Notes under the pieces: model-generated
Told to the model about the DNA's origin: nothing
Database searches by the model: none
The model's input: the letters and a program-made list of their open reading frames with translations, nothing else
NCBI RefSeq assembly: GCF_009914755.1
Contig: NC_060934.1
From: the human T2T-CHM13v2.0 reference genome, Homo sapiens
Length of the DNA: 64,000 bases
Reading direction: 5' to 3' (one strand)
Shown here: positions 1 to 14,106 of the stretch, piece after piece
Layout of the letters: every line of letters starts with the position of its first letter
Numbering within the stretch: position 1 is the stretch's first letter
Program-made: the position numbers and the translations under genes

Positions 1-1137
1 TCCTGAAATACACTATTAACACACACAAGACTTTTCTGTCCCTGTGTCTCCAACTATGTGACAATGGATCATGGATTTTGTTTTGTTTTGTTTTACTTTC
101 CACACAGGAAAGTTGAGAAGGTATAAAGATATAAAGTTATAAAGATATAAGTTGAGAACACAATACTCAAAGTCGCAATAAAGAAAGTTCAAGTCTAGGT
201 TGAGTTGACGCTGTTACCATTATTCAACCCCTTCCTTACCACACCAGCCTCTCAGGCACTGGCATTATTTGGTGACATTGATTAAGCCTCCACTGTTAAA
301 GCTTTGATTGTCCGTTATCTTTGAGATTCAATGTTGGGAACCAGGAAGGACACCCATAGAGACAAGAGGAATGTAGAACCAAGCTCAGCTCTTCTCCTGA
401 ATGAGGCATAATGGTTCAAAGTAGATGGATAAGAAATGATACGAGCTAGATAGAATCACTTTAGAAAAGCTTTATGAATCTGATGAGCTCAAACTTAACA
501 ATGAAGAAGGAAACAGATGCAGTCTAGCAGAAAAACAAAGGAGGTATATCTGAGGTGCTCAGTGATGCTTTCTAGACCCAAAGCACACCAGCACAAATAA
601 ATCCCACTCCCCAAACTGCAAGTATTTTGAAGTGTCCACAGCCCTGGAACTGGTTAAGAAAATATCAAATTTGGGTTCAAAGGTACTTTCAAATATCCTT
701 TCTACAGAATCCAGAATAAACTTGTAACAGGGCAGGGAAAGAACAGCCTCTGGAAATTTCCAGTCCTCCGAAAGCATAAGACAGCAGCAGGAGACTGTGC
801 ATGTTTAAAGGAAGTCTGCCTAAAGCCATGCTTTGTATTCACTACTCTCTGTGAACATCAAACTGCTGCCATGCCTTTGTTGCAGTTTTGCCAAGGGAAG
901 TTGAGCACAGGCTAACAGCCTCCATGAATCGTCCTTGAGGAGGCGTTGTTGGCATTTGGCAGAAACATTCTCCAACCTCTTCATCCCTGTGGCAGAGCCT
1001 GAGCTCAGGCAGGCCCTGGAGCAAGCAGGTGTCTGTCTCTCCTCTGTGCAAGGAGTGAGAAGGTAGCATTGTCACTAAGTAATGCAGCCCATCACATGGT
1101 ACCTGGGATGATTTCAAGGAATTAAAGCACAATGCCT

Positions 1138-1661
1138 ATATTAGTTATCTGTTCTGCACAAAAAATTGCCCACCAGAATAGCAACATGAATCATAAATTT
1201 TTATTATCTCACAGTTTCTGGATGTTAGGAATCTGGGAGCAGCCTAGCTGGGTGGTTCAAGCTCAGGATCTCTTGTGAGATTGCAGTCAAGCTTTTGGCT
1301 AGGGCTATAGGTGTGTGAGGCTAAAAGATCTGTTTCCAAGCTCTCTTATGTGATTGTGGGCAAGACTCAGTTTCTTGCTGGCTGTTGGCTGAGTGTCTCA
1401 CTTCCTTGCTATGTGGGCCTTTCCAAAGGCTGCCTGAGCAATTTCATGACATAGCAGCTAGCTTTCCCCTGAGGACATGATCCAAGAGAAAAAGACCAAT
1501 ATGGCAGCCACAGTCTTTTACAATCCATCTTGGAAATGACATGGGAAAAAATCACTTCTGTTATATTCTATTGGTCATACAGACCAACTCTGGAACAATG
1601 TAGAAGGGGAGTGTCAGGAAGCAGGCATCACTGGGGACCCTCTTGGAGGCTGCCTACCACA
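1138..1661 (-). mobile_element. MaLR LTR, MLT1F/G-like
   Basis: Ends gctgcctaccaca (rc TGTGGTAGGCAGC, the MLT1F-type start); internal tatctcacagtttctg...gcctagctgggtggtt. Confidence 0.7.
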
Positions 1662-1744
1662 CTTCTCATCTAACAGTGCTAAGAACACAGTTGGCCCCAG
1701 CCTTCGATATAATGTATATCAGGTAACACTTTTTAGAGGTACTG

Positions 1745-1930
1745 CAATGCAGTGGCAAGACTAGTAGACTGCTAGTAAAGAGATTTTGATTCAAGTTCAA
1801 TTCTGACAATCAAAAATGCTCTGTGTCTTTGGAATGCTGGTTAACCTTTTTGCCCATCTGTTATCTCATCTGTAAAATGAGACTATTGTCATTAATGGCC
1901 TCAAGGATGTCTCTCAACTCTCAAATTCCA
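1745..1930 (+). mobile_element. MIR-family SINE fragment
   Basis: Core-like ctcatctgtaaaatgag. Confidence 0.55.
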
Positions 1931-2410
1931 TCTCTTCATTCATATATCTTAATTGCCATTAAGAAATGTGCCATTTCAGGCATGAAAGTTATGAAGGTGA
2001 TTTTGTTTTACAAAATGGACAATTTTCCAATGAGTTTCCCTTGTTTTAAAGTAATAAACCAACTGGAGAAATGGCACCCTAGAGTTTTCTTGAAGCTTAT
2101 TTCTTTTCCGTTCATTATTCATACTTTAGTAAGTACGCCTCACAATAACATACTGTTATTTGCATGATGCTTTAAAGTGTAGTACACATATTCTACATAT
2201 GCAAGTGAATTCATCTGTAAACCACATTAGGAAGGTATTAGGCTTGGAAAGCCTTCCAGCTTCATTCTCCCATTACCTAGTGGCTGGTGTTTGCATGGGT
2301 GGCAATTTGGCCAGAACTACAATAGCCTTCTAATAAAGACACTCCCAGGCACATGGCCCAAATAGATGGGTGAAAAAGGCTTCCTCCTGTCTGAAATCTC
2401 TAAGTCTAAG

Positions 2411-2562
2411 TGAGGCACAGTGACACATACCTGTAGTCCCAGCTACTTGGGAGCCTGAGCTGGAAGGATCACTCACTATGTTGCCCAGAAGTTTGAGTCC
2501 AGCCGGGGCAACATAGTGAGACCCTGTCTCTAAAATTAATTAGTTTAATTAAATAAAAAATA
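2411..2562 (+). mobile_element. FLAM (free left Alu monomer, FLAM_A-like)
   Basis: cctgtagtcccagctact...gggcaacatagtgagaccctgtctc followed by an A-rich tail; single monomer. Confidence 0.85.
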
Positions 2563-2764
2563 AATTTCTAAGTCTAAAGAGACAGCTGCAGTGGCCTACC
2601 ATATATAGAGTAGACTAGCAATGGAATGAACAGTGAACTCTTCATCTCCTGTACTAGCCTAGAGTGAGCTAAGGACAGGGGACAACCTCTTGGGAGACTG
2701 AACTTCTAAGATGAGAATAGGAAAGCCACCCAGTTGCTTATCGTTTAATTACTTGAACGAGATG

Positions 2765-3105
2765 AACAGGCTTCCGCCCCAGGACATTTGTACTTGCCCT
2801 GCCTGGGAATCACTTAGGTTCACTTCAAGGATCACATTTTCAGATTAGCTTTCTCTAGCCACTAATCTTAAGTGACATCCTCTCCCCTACAGGCATTCTC
2901 TACCACACCCTATTTTACTATCTTGGTAGCCCTATCTAAAATCATCTACTGGTGTACCTGTTTCAAGAGTTCGCCTCCAATAGAGTGTAAGCTGTCTGAG
3001 AGAGGTAACCCCATCTATCCTGGTTACTGCCACATCTCCAGTCTGGAATAGTTCTTGGTGTAGAGTGGGCACTCAATAAATATTTGTTAAATGGATGAAT
3101 GAATA
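2765..3105 (+). mobile_element. L2 LINE 3' end
   Basis: Terminal gcactcaataaatatttgttaaatggatgaatgaat. Confidence 0.7.
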
Positions 3106-4877
3106 GGTCAGTCTGAAAAAGCTTGTAGTTTGATGGATGTGAGTTTCAGGAGACACTTAGATAGTAGTGGAAAAGAATATTAAATGGACCTATTTTCTGT
3201 TCCCTTGGAATGGGCAAGTAGGGGTGAAATCTGAGAACAAAGAGACTTGTGTATCCCACGTAATTAAGATAACCCCCAACAATTGGGAGCAGACACCCCC
3301 CTCAGGGATTCTAGGTGGAAAGGCCCTGCTATCAGAACCAGTTGTGCCCCAGGAAGAAAAGAAGAAGAGAGAATAATATTTCTGAACTATTTGGGACCAC
3401 TCAATGGATGCCATGCTCATTGTGACAGGGGATACTCTCCCCTGGAGACAGGAAGGGTGCCTTCCCCTTCTTGAAGCCAAGGGAAGATTGCATTGAAGAG
3501 AAGAGTGCTGGCAAAAGTGGAAGACTGGTACCTCTTTGGCTGGGCAGATGTCTGCTTAGGGAGCAAACAAACAGTTCAGTTCCTCAGCTTTGTTAACCTG
3601 GGGAAAAGCGAATAAGAGAAAAATGGCAGAGTAAAGCAAAGAGAAGTGGCCAGGAAGCCAACTGTACTTACACTGCATGGAATGGCAAGGATGGCGGTGA
3701 TTCCCACATAGACCATAGACAGGCTGGTGCCATCTTGAGAGTTCTCCACCAGCCCACAAGGCTCCCAAGTTTCTTAGAGGATCCACTTGTATCTGTAAGG
3801 GTGGAAGAGTATTGCTGGGAATGGAAGAAGTTGAATAGGAGCCTGACCTCTCACCTCCAGGAACTGTCCGCACCCTGGTCTGGCACCCAAGATCCATATG
3901 TGGATGGCTGTCACACAAGAGATGCTAGGAATGTGTCAGTGTTAGTGCAAGATGCAAAAAACAGAAAACGAAAACCACCCAGAGAGGATTCGCCTAATCC
4001 CTCTCCACTAACCCAGACCCACCAAGGAGCAAGATTTTGAATGGAGGTGGAGGTGGAGGACCCAGAAGCAGAACATTTTCTGTACCCATGGGGTATACCC
4101 TGAGCCATCGCCCAGCCTGCACCAGAGAAAAAGAGATTAGATTTAAGCTGGATACAAAATTCGAGTTTTAAACTGGCCCAGACTTTTTGTAACTCCAAGT
4201 GACCACAAGTTTATAGGATCTTGCTCAGGTATCATTAAGGAACAGGAAAATGGTATTTGACAGGGCATGGTTGAAGGCCATAACTGGAAAAATTAAACAA
4301 ATGAAACTATTTCATGTTTTCAACACTGAGTTCAAACTATCCAATCTCCTAACTAGAGCAGAAAAAAAGCAGTTTGCTGAACCTTTAGCAAGAGAGTTCT
4401 TCAGGCATTTGATTTATCTTTGGGTGAACTTTGCTGGCTTTTATCAGTGGCCAAGGTGACAAGACAGTTTATAAAAAGCAAGACTCAAGACACACCCTTG
4501 GTGCTGTAGACTCAGTTGCCTTTCTTCTTCCATGCTCCATCCTCCTCCCCACCTCCAATTTTTTAAGAGTCAAGAGAGAAAAGGATTAAAAACTTATTTT
4601 TTGAAAGTCATTTTTCTGCAGCTTCAAAGGACTTTTTAGACATTTGGACAAATCGTTTTTAAAATTTCAAGGATACTTTTTAATAAAACTGAGTGATTGA
4701 AAAAAAAAACACCACCCTCATTTCCTCCTTCCTTGATAAATAAATCACCTTAATAAAGAAATCACCTGTGAGATTGTTTCTGAGTGGGCGTACAACCTAG
4801 GAAGGCATTTCCTGTGGCTGTTGAAAACTAGATTAAAAGAAAATGCACTGAAATTCATGTTAAGAATAATCTTGGTT

Positions 4878-5440
<563 letters not shown>

Positions 5441-5806
5441 AATCATTTTTTTAAAAAAGAATAATTTTGATCAGAAGAAACACATTTCAGGTGCTGATAG
5501 CTGGAGAAGAAAGCTGCTTTGGAAAGGGATGGCAGCGAATAAGTTAAAAATTAAGCATACCCCCTTTAGGTTTCACATAATCTCTTTTTAAAAGGAAAAT
5601 ATATTTCCTGAATGATTAAAAAACAGGAAGCACACTTACTTTTTTAAAAAATATATTGAATGACAGTCAACTGGTAAGATTCCTTTCTGCTTGGACTTCT
5701 CTAGTCTTTGTTTTAGGTTCTCTCCTTTTCAAATTCCTTTCATCTTTCTGATAAAAAGCACTGAATAACAAAATAACACTTACTTAGAAATATTAGAAAG
5801 GTTTGG

Positions 5807-5812
5807 TGTGTA

Positions 5813-5849
<37 letters not shown>
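5807..5849. repeat. (TG)n microsatellite
   Basis: Read directly from the sequence. Confidence 0.95.
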
Positions 5850-5853
<4 letters not shown>

Positions 5854-6277
5854 TTAGATGTTACAAAAATATGAAGCAAACCAATGCCCTATATTTGTCC
5901 TCTCACAATATTGTAGGATTCAAAGGTGTCATAGCATTGGTGAAGTCATTTGTTGGTAACAGCACAAACTCAGGATGTCTTTATCTTTCCTGTAGTTCTC
6001 TACAACATGTGCAAACTAGAGCCCAAGATGTAAAGGCCTCCTGTCCCTTTCTAGCAGTCAAGGGGTGATTATCTTTTAGAGGGACAGACTCAGGCCCTCT
6101 CGCTTCTGAGAGCTAAGTGTTTTTCCACCTTTACCCAACTTGGACAACTGTGAAGAACTCTGTAGCCTTCCATTATTATGTTTATATTCATGAACAAAAC
6201 TCTTTCCTCACTGACACTACTCCCCTCCCTCACACAAACTCAATGTTTTCTAGTGATCATTTAGAACAATACAGGCA

Positions 6278-6595
6278 TGTCTTAGTCTGTTTTGTGCTGC
6301 TGTAATGGTATGCCACAGAGAAATTTATTGGCTCATAATTCTAGAGGCTGGGAAGTCCAAGATCAAGGGGTTGGCATCTGGCAAAGTCCTTCATGTTATG
6401 TCATCCAGTGGTGGAAGGAGCAAGTGAGTGCAAGAAACCTCAAGATGGGAGCCAAACTCACTTTTATAACAAACCCAATCCTGAGATAACGTTGCCCATC
6501 CATGAGAGCAGAGCCCTCACGAAAACATCTCTCATGAGGCCCCACCACCCAACAGTTTTGCACTGGGGGTTAGGTTTCCAACATATGAACCATGA
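6278..6595 (-). mobile_element. MaLR LTR (MSTD/MLT1A-like)
   Basis: tgtcttagtc terminus; ttctagaggctgggaagtccaagatcaagg. Confidence 0.75.
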
Positions 6596-6759
6596 CCTCT
6601 GTTAATGGATAGAACATAAGGATTCTAATTCTGGCAGATTCTTCACTCTCCAGATATTACTGAACTTGAATCCTGGGGATTGCTAGGGGTATGTGACACA
6701 AGGACCTAAAAATTATAAGATTTGAATTATTCATCACAATGATAAAAATTATGACCATC

Positions 6760-6950
6760 AATTAAGCGCCTCTAGATGTCAGGTCATAGAGGTATAGGTG
6801 TATAATTTTTAATCCTAAAGCTTACTTATAAGGAGGGAATATTTTTTCAGACAAGAAAAACTGAGGCTCCATGAAAGTAGTAACTTGTCTAAGCATGCAC
6901 AATTAGAAAACAGATGAACTGGGATTCAGTCCTGAGTTTGACTACAGCAT
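6760..6950 (-). mobile_element. MIR fragment
   Basis: gaaaaactgaggctc...taacttgtctaag. Confidence 0.6.
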
Positions 6951-7769
6951 GGCCTCTGTCCAAAGAAAACTCTTAAGCAGAAGCTGAAATCCAGCAGAAC
7001 ATTTCCTCTGTGCTATGGAGACCTTTGTGAGACAGTGGGGGTGTGGACCATTCTCTCCCTACATGGGACACCTACATTTTTCTTAAAAGAAACGTGACCA
7101 GCTGAATGGCTGATTATTTAAAAATTGGGTCCTTTTCTGTATGATAAAGTGAGGTGGGAAGAACGAGCAGACTGGCCAATATATCAAAGGATTTCCTGAC
7201 ACTCCCCAGAAGCAGAAGACAGGCTGTCCCTGTTTCCTCTGTTCACTGAAGCCAGCCTCGGTTCTCTCCGGCCACTGTCTGACATTATCAGTGTTCACAC
7301 ACATTAGCCTCAAAGGCTGTCCTACATAGCAGAGCACTTTACCTCTCACTTCCTGGAGAAATTATTTTTCTTTTCTTAAGCAAAGGAAACTCCAGAATCT
7401 AAAGAGGCCATTTTTCATCTGGATCATCAAGCAGTGGCTCTGAAGGTGTGCTTAAGTTCACTCTTAGGTGTGCTTGCCAAGCACACGATCTAGGTGCTGG
7501 CAGAGCACAGGGTCATTCAAGTGCATAATTCACAAGACTCTAGCTGCCAGCCAGTGGGACCTGGAGAACCAGGCAGGAAGTGCAGTTGATAAAATGAGCA
7601 TAGTTAACCCTTCAGAAACATGAGATACAATAACATTTTCAAAAGTCTTCAACATGTCAAATGTTTGTGCTGTGCCCAATGTTGATCTTCATTTATTATT
7701 TATCTGCTATCTTTAAATTGCCTGGAGCATTAAAGCTCAGAACTTTAAGGATGCCAGTAAATGTACCAT

Positions 7770-8125
7770 TGCTTCTCCTCATCACACTTGGCATAAAAGT
7801 TTATGAGGCCTCAATGGTTTGGCCCATGCCCGTTCTTCCTGACCCATGCTCCATCACTCAATTCTCATTCTCTCCATTCTAGTCCCAACGGCTTTCTTAC
7901 CCACAATCACCCTCCCACCCACCCTCTGAATAAGACCACCATCAGTCTCTAGCATATATTCTGCTTTATCTTTCTTCACTGCATTGACCACTCATTGTTT
8001 ACCATTGTCTTCACCACCAGAAGGCTATCTCTGTGAGGATAGGGAATTCGTTTTGTTCCCTGCCATAACTGAATACCTAATAGTTATCCAATAAATTAAA
8101 AATTCATGATGAATTAATGAATGAA
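7770..8125 (+). mobile_element. L2 fragment (3' end)
   Basis: Degenerate L2 3' terminus ending gaattaatgaatgaa. Confidence 0.5.
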
Positions 8126-10055
8126 GTGTAGATCTGGAAAAGATGGTTGTATTCAATCAGCAAGTCCATCAAATTCTGCAGAGTATTTAACTTGTCCAAT
8201 GTTTGCTGTGCCAGGGTCTGCACAGCCCTCAGGCATCCTAGGTTACCAGGACCCTTCCAAGGAAAAGGGTGCTTCTCTTAGACAAAGATGAGCTCCTCTC
8301 CCAGTCTGGGTCATCATCTGGTTTCCATGGCAACCCATATAAAGTGCCTCTGACCCTGAGCAATTTATAGGACATAAAGTATTCCACACTTATAAAACAG
8401 TAAACAACAACAAAAAGAAAATTAAAAAAACGAAAAAACACCTAAGCTCCCTAAGTTACTATTTTGGAAGATAATTTATTAGTATTCAAAAAGCTTTAAG
8501 GGATACTTTTCATAAACAGGCTATATCTGATAGCAGTGGTTGATTGTGTTATGTAAGTGCAGCTCTCTGCTAGCCATGGAAAATGTAGATTTTATGCTAG
8601 TAAAGACACTATTGGTTGTGATTATCTACATACATCCATGCTTTATACAAAAACTCATATTAAATTAAGAGTAACATTTTCCAATGCTAGTTTCTGTCCT
8701 AAATACAGCAGTGTTGAAAAGACTTTATTCTACATTCAATATTTTGCAGCACTGGTTGCTTTTTGCCGGGTGGTAAGTTGGGGCTTCAGAACAAGGAAAT
8801 AAATAGACTCGCTCCTGAAAGGAGGAGAGGAAGGTGGGACTCCCAGGGGAAGCTGGCCTTTGTGTTTGATGAATGAGTCTTTTTCAAGTATCTCCGTTGT
8901 TTGGTTTTTCAAAGAAAACAGAGACAGTCTCCAATCTGTTCCCAAGCTCATTGTGTGAAATTTGCCTCGTTTGGGAACTTCATTATTTTCCTGGCTGTGA
9001 AATATTGAGTCAGTGGGTTTCACAGGGATGCACTGTCTGAGGGGAGGCTCTTTGACAACACCCCACTACGAAGGCCAAGGATGGGTGCACAGTAAATAAG
9101 TCCAAAGTCAGTGATATAGAGAGGACAAAGGCAGTAGTGAATGGACATGATGGTCAAAAGACCCTCACTGCTTCTGACGCTATATAAATAATCTCCACTA
9201 CCTCTGCTGCTTATAGAGCAAAAGATTTAAGTTGCTGCCATTCATTTCTATTCCGAGTTGACTAGAAGTTCCCAAATCCAAATAAGTGCCCTATAAACTT
9301 GAAGAAAAGTCTACATGGATTGAAATTTAGAAACCTACAAAATAGTAGTGTGTAGCTGTGAGATATCCTCCCTGGAACTGGCTTATGAGTGAAGGGGGCC
9401 CACATCCTGTGGGTGCTCTGGCTGTGACATACCCTTGAACGCATGCCCAGTTGGGCCTGTTCTGTTCAGAGATGTGTTCTGCTCAATAATGCTGAGTAGA
9501 AAAGCAAATTCCAATGTTGTTTTCTAAACACTCTATTTTCTCTAAATGGCATCAGCAAAACTAAGACTTACTAACCCATTGGGGACCCCTAAAAGCTTAG
9601 ATTGGTAGCATCAATCTGCCAAGAGCAAAGAAGGCATCAAGCACTTCATTCACTCAAAGACATAATCAGAATTATCTTCAGCCAAATTAGGTACTCCCAG
9701 AATGTGAGTGCTCCGAGCAAATGGGTTTGTGATGACATTGTTATCATGATCATCATCTTCTTCATCATCAGCTTACAACGAATTTATAACACCAAAATAC
9801 ATGGCTCTGATAAGAAAAGCAACAGGAAACATTTTTATTGAAAAACTCTCATAAATAGGGAATATAGCATGGCTAGAAGGGACTCCATTAGTCTAGATAT
9901 TTACAAAGTCTTCATGAAATACTTTAAAATAAATGATCCTAATGAAAAACATTGGAAGCACGTAAAATTTTAAAAATTGAAAATGTTTAATTTCCAAATT
10001 ACAATAAATGTTTTTAAAAGTTAATATTGTTTTTCCTTCAATAATAATGATGATC

Positions 10056-10371
10056 GGCTGGGCACGGTGGCTCACGCCTGTAATCCCAGCACTTTGGGAG
10101 GCTGAGGCGGATGGATCACCTGAGGCTGGGAGTTCGAGACCAGCCTGACTGACATGGAGAAACCCCGTCTCTACTAAAAACACAAAATTAGCCGGGTGTG
10201 GTGGTGCATACCAGGAGGATGAGGCAGGAGAATCACTTGAACCTGGGAGGCGGAGGTTGCAGTAAGCTAAGATTGCACCATTGCACTCCAGACTGGACAA
10301 CAAGAGCAAAACTCCATCTCAAAAAAGTAAATAAATAAATAAACAAATAAATAAATGAATAAATAAATAAA
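10056..10371 (+). mobile_element. Alu (Sp/Sq-like) with (TAAA)n tail and a small right-arm deletion
   Basis: Alu consensus; TSD aataatgatgatc on both sides. Confidence 0.95.
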
Positions 10372-10424
10372 AATAATGATGATCAACACCATAATCAAAA
10401 ATCATAGCAAAAAGCTAGAAGTTA

Positions 10425-10620
10425 TTGAAACCTTCCTGCAAGCTAGGAACGGTAGGGAGGAGTTTACACACATTGTCTTAATTTCATCCTCACAACATCC
10501 TCTGAGGTTGGGGCTATTATTATCCCCATTTAAACAGAGAAGAAACTGAGGCTTAGACATGGCAAATGGCTTGACAGAGATCATACAGTTGATATGTGAT
10601 GAAACAAAAAATTAAGCCCC
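10425..10620 (-). mobile_element. MIR
   Basis: tattattatccccattt...gaagaaactgaggcttaga. Confidence 0.75.
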
Positions 10621-10939
10621 AAACTTTGGCTATTATACTGAGAGTATAATTCACACAAGGTAGTACAGAAAAGAAGATAATAAATTTGAAATTCTTGGTT
10701 TCTATTGAGACAGCAACCATTTAAATGGGAACTATGGGCTTTTTCTGTCTTGCCCCATCATGGTGGAAAAGGAGAAGAGATTTACAGGAAACGCTGTCAA
10801 ATAATTTGTCACTCCTGGAGGAACCATTTTCCTATGACCACTATGCCAAGAGGATATCTTTCATGTCCAAATTCATAGAGACAAGATAGACTGCTCTGGG
10901 ATTCCGAAGGGAGAAAGCATCTCAGTAACAATTTTGAGA

Positions 10940-11190
10940 AGCAGTTTGTGTAGTCCCTAAGAGCACAAAAACCAGAGCCAAATTCTCTGGGTTCGGGTCT
11001 TGACCGCAGTGCATCCTAGCTGAGTTACCTTAGAAAAGTTGCTTAGCCTCTCTGTGACTCTATTTTCTAATCTGCAGAACTGAGACAATAACAGTACCTA
11101 TTTTACTGAGCCATTGTGAGATTAAATGAGTTAACATCTGTCCAATGGTTAAACATGCTTAGCACATCATAAGACTATATAGGTGCTGGC
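10940..11190 (+). mobile_element. MIR
   Basis: gcttagcctctctgtgactc...taacagtacct...gtgagattaaatgag. Confidence 0.75.
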
Positions 11191-11505
11191 CATCACTAGT
11201 ACCAACATTGAAATAACCTGTTGAAGATCTGAAGGACACAGTTGACCAGAGACATCAACATTGTTCACAGTTCCCTACCTGTGCACAAGTTCAAACTCAG
11301 GCACTCCGTATATTTTGTTTTTACAGGTATTTGGAATCTGCTTTTCACTTCTGTTTTCTCTATTTGATGTGATACTTCAGACCTGCTCTTGACTGTCTGG
11401 CTCATTCCTAAGTGAACTGTGGACTGTTCCTTTGTTTTGTACCCAGAATTATAAGTTTCAATGAAGTTATTAACAAGACAATTCCCATAAGCATAGTACC
11501 CTAAG

Positions 11506-12059
11506 CAGGGGTCCCCAACCCCCAGGCCATGGACTGGTACTGGTTTGTGGCCTGTTAGGAACCAGGCTGCACAGCAGGGGTGAGTGGCAGGCCAGCAAGT
11601 GAAGTTTCATCTGTATTTGCAGCCGCTCCCTATCACTCGCATTACCTCCTGAGCTCCACCTCCTGTCAGATCACTGGTGGTATTAGATTCTCATAGGAGT
11701 GTGAACCTGATTGTGAACAGAGCATTTGAGGGATGTAAGTTGCATGCCCCTTATGAGAATCTAATGCCTGATGATCTGTCACCGTCCCCTATCACCCCCA
11801 AATGGGACCATCTAGTTTCAGTAAAACAAGCTCAGGGCTCCCACTGATTCTACGTGATGGTGAGTTGTATAATTTTTCATTATATATTACAATGTAATAA
11901 TAATAGAAATAAAGTGTAAAAATAATAGAAATAGAAATAATAGAAATAAAGTGCATAATGCACTTGAATCATCCTCAAAACCACCCCCTGACCCTCGTCT
12001 GTGTAAAAATTGTCTCCCATAAAGCTGATCTCTGGTGCCAAAAAGGTTGGGGACCTCTG
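11506..12059. mobile_element. MER1A hAT-Charlie non-autonomous DNA transposon
   Basis: TIRs caggggtccccaacc ... ggttggggacctctg; ~550 bp; typical MER1 internal sequence. Confidence 0.88.
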
Positions 12060-13034
12060 CTCTAAAGTTACCAAGACTACTTAGATGATATCATAATAGT
12101 TACAGAATCTAAGACTTCCAGTTCTAAAGAGATCATCTGGTTCAATACTCTACCTAAAAGATGGTTCAACTTTATATATTAAAATATTTCATAGACACTC
12201 AAAGTAGAAACTGATTCTAAAACTGGAATTGTTCCTCAATAATTCTAGAACTTCAAAAGCTTAGAATACTGCCTGGTCCATAGGAAATACTTAACAGTTA
12301 TCAACTACCTTTTTAATAAGAGTGTTAGTATTAGTTTGAGTAACCCAAATCTTTTTCCTCCAAGGACTGTGACTTCAAAAAAAGTCACGTTGCCTTTTAA
12401 ATGTCCAAATTGCAAAGTCCAAGCTGCATCTCTTTGCCATAAGTTTATCAATTTCCATGTGCCCCTCAGGCATTTCTGAATGTCCCATGGGGCTGTCTTG
12501 TACCCTCAGGAACATGTGCCTTGTGACACCTGCCATGTTCTCTTCCATCATGGAAATGCACCATTCTAATTCCAGTTGATCTCTGTGATGACACTGTCAA
12601 GTCTACTGCCTCCTGACTTCCGGAGAAGGGGCTCAAGTCTCAGCAGGGGTAAGACAAGGGCTTCATTGTGCATGGAGACAAGCTTTTCTGGAAGTTTTAT
12701 GGAATGGCAATAGGACATGGAGTATGAGTTATCATTATTACCCCTGCCCAGTATGACTCAGAGACCACAAATGCAGGCCCTTCTATGTCTGTCTAGCTCT
12801 TGGCTTGCTGCCTTGCCACCTGGGCAGCTTGTCCTTCACCAAAAGGTGTGTCCCAGGTATCTCTGCACATCTCAGCATCCACACCAACCACACCAGACCC
12901 TAGGGGAGAGGAGAGTATTTTTCCCATCCAAACTATGTGCACGTATGTGCATGCTTGTGGACACACACACACGAGTCTAAAGCTATACCTTGAAACCCCA
13001 TTTCCTATCACAGAAGAGGATTAACCAAGAAAGG

Positions 13035-13220
13035 CTTTGGGCTACCAAAAACTGAAAGTGGCAAGGAAGGATCCCCACCTAGAGGCTTCAGAGGGAGCAT
13101 GACCCTCTCAACAACTTACTTTCAGACTTCTAGCCTCCAGAACTATGAGAAAATAAATGTCTCTTGTTTTAAGCAACTCAGTTTATGGTATTTTGTTATG
13201 GCAGTCCTCAGGAAACTCAT
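13035..13220 (+). mobile_element. MLT1B/C-like LTR 3' part
   Basis: ggcaaggaaggat...tagcctccagaactatgagaaaataaat...tttgttatggcag. Confidence 0.75.
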
Positions 13221-13383
13221 CGAGGAACTACAGACATTTTTTAAATTTTATTTATTTATTCATTTCAATAGGTTGTGGGGGAGCAGGTGGTCTTTGGTTA
13301 CATGAATAAGTTCTTTAGTGGTGATTTGTGATATTTTGGTGCACCCATCACTGGAACAGTGTATAGTATACCCAACATGTAGT

Positions 13384-13694
13384 GTTGTTGTTGTTGTTGT
13401 TGTTTTTGGAGATGGAGTCTCCCTCTGTCACCCAGGCTGGAGTGCAGTGGCATGAGCTCAACTCACTGCAACCTCTGCCTCCCGGGTTCAACTGATTCTC
13501 TTGCCTCAGCCTTCCAAGCAGATGGATTACAGGTGTGCACCACCATGCCTGGCTAATTTTTTTTTTTTATTTTCAGTAGAGACAGGGTCTCACTATGTTG
13601 GCCAGCGTGGTCTCAAACTCCTGACCTCAGGTGATTTGCCCACCTTGGCCTCCCGAAGTGCTGGGATTACAGGCGTGAGCCACCGCACCCAGCC
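13384..13694 (-). mobile_element. Alu (S-like) with (CAA)n tail, inside the L1
   Basis: Alu consensus; degenerate TSD cccaa..tgtagt. Confidence 0.93.
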
Positions 13695-13968
13695 CAATGT
13701 GTAGTCTTTTATCCTTCACGCCCCTTCCATCCTTTTCCCGAGTCTTCAAAGTCCATTGTATCATTCATATGCCTTTGCATCCCTATAGTTTAGCTCCTTA
13801 TAGTTTAGCATCCTTATAGCTTAGCTCCCACTTATCAGTGAGAACATACAATGTTCGGTTTTTCATTCCTGAGTTACTTCACTTAGAATAATGATCTCCA
13901 ATTCCATCCAGGTAGCTGTGAATGCCATTATTTCACTCCTTTTTATGGCTGAATGTTATTCCATGGTG

Positions 13969-13999
<31 letters not shown>

Positions 14000-14106
14000 T
14001 TATTGTTTTTCATTCCTGAGTTACTTCAATTAGAATTATAGTCTCCAATCTTATCCAGGTTGCTGCAAATGCCATTCATTCATTCTTTTTTTGAGTAGTA
14101 TTCCAT

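Noticed and set aside
3150-4330. Purine-rich stretch with overlapping 60-120-aa ORFs
   Set aside because: No coherent protein or splice structure. It may be a very old LTR relic, but I cannot assign a family without a Dfam search.
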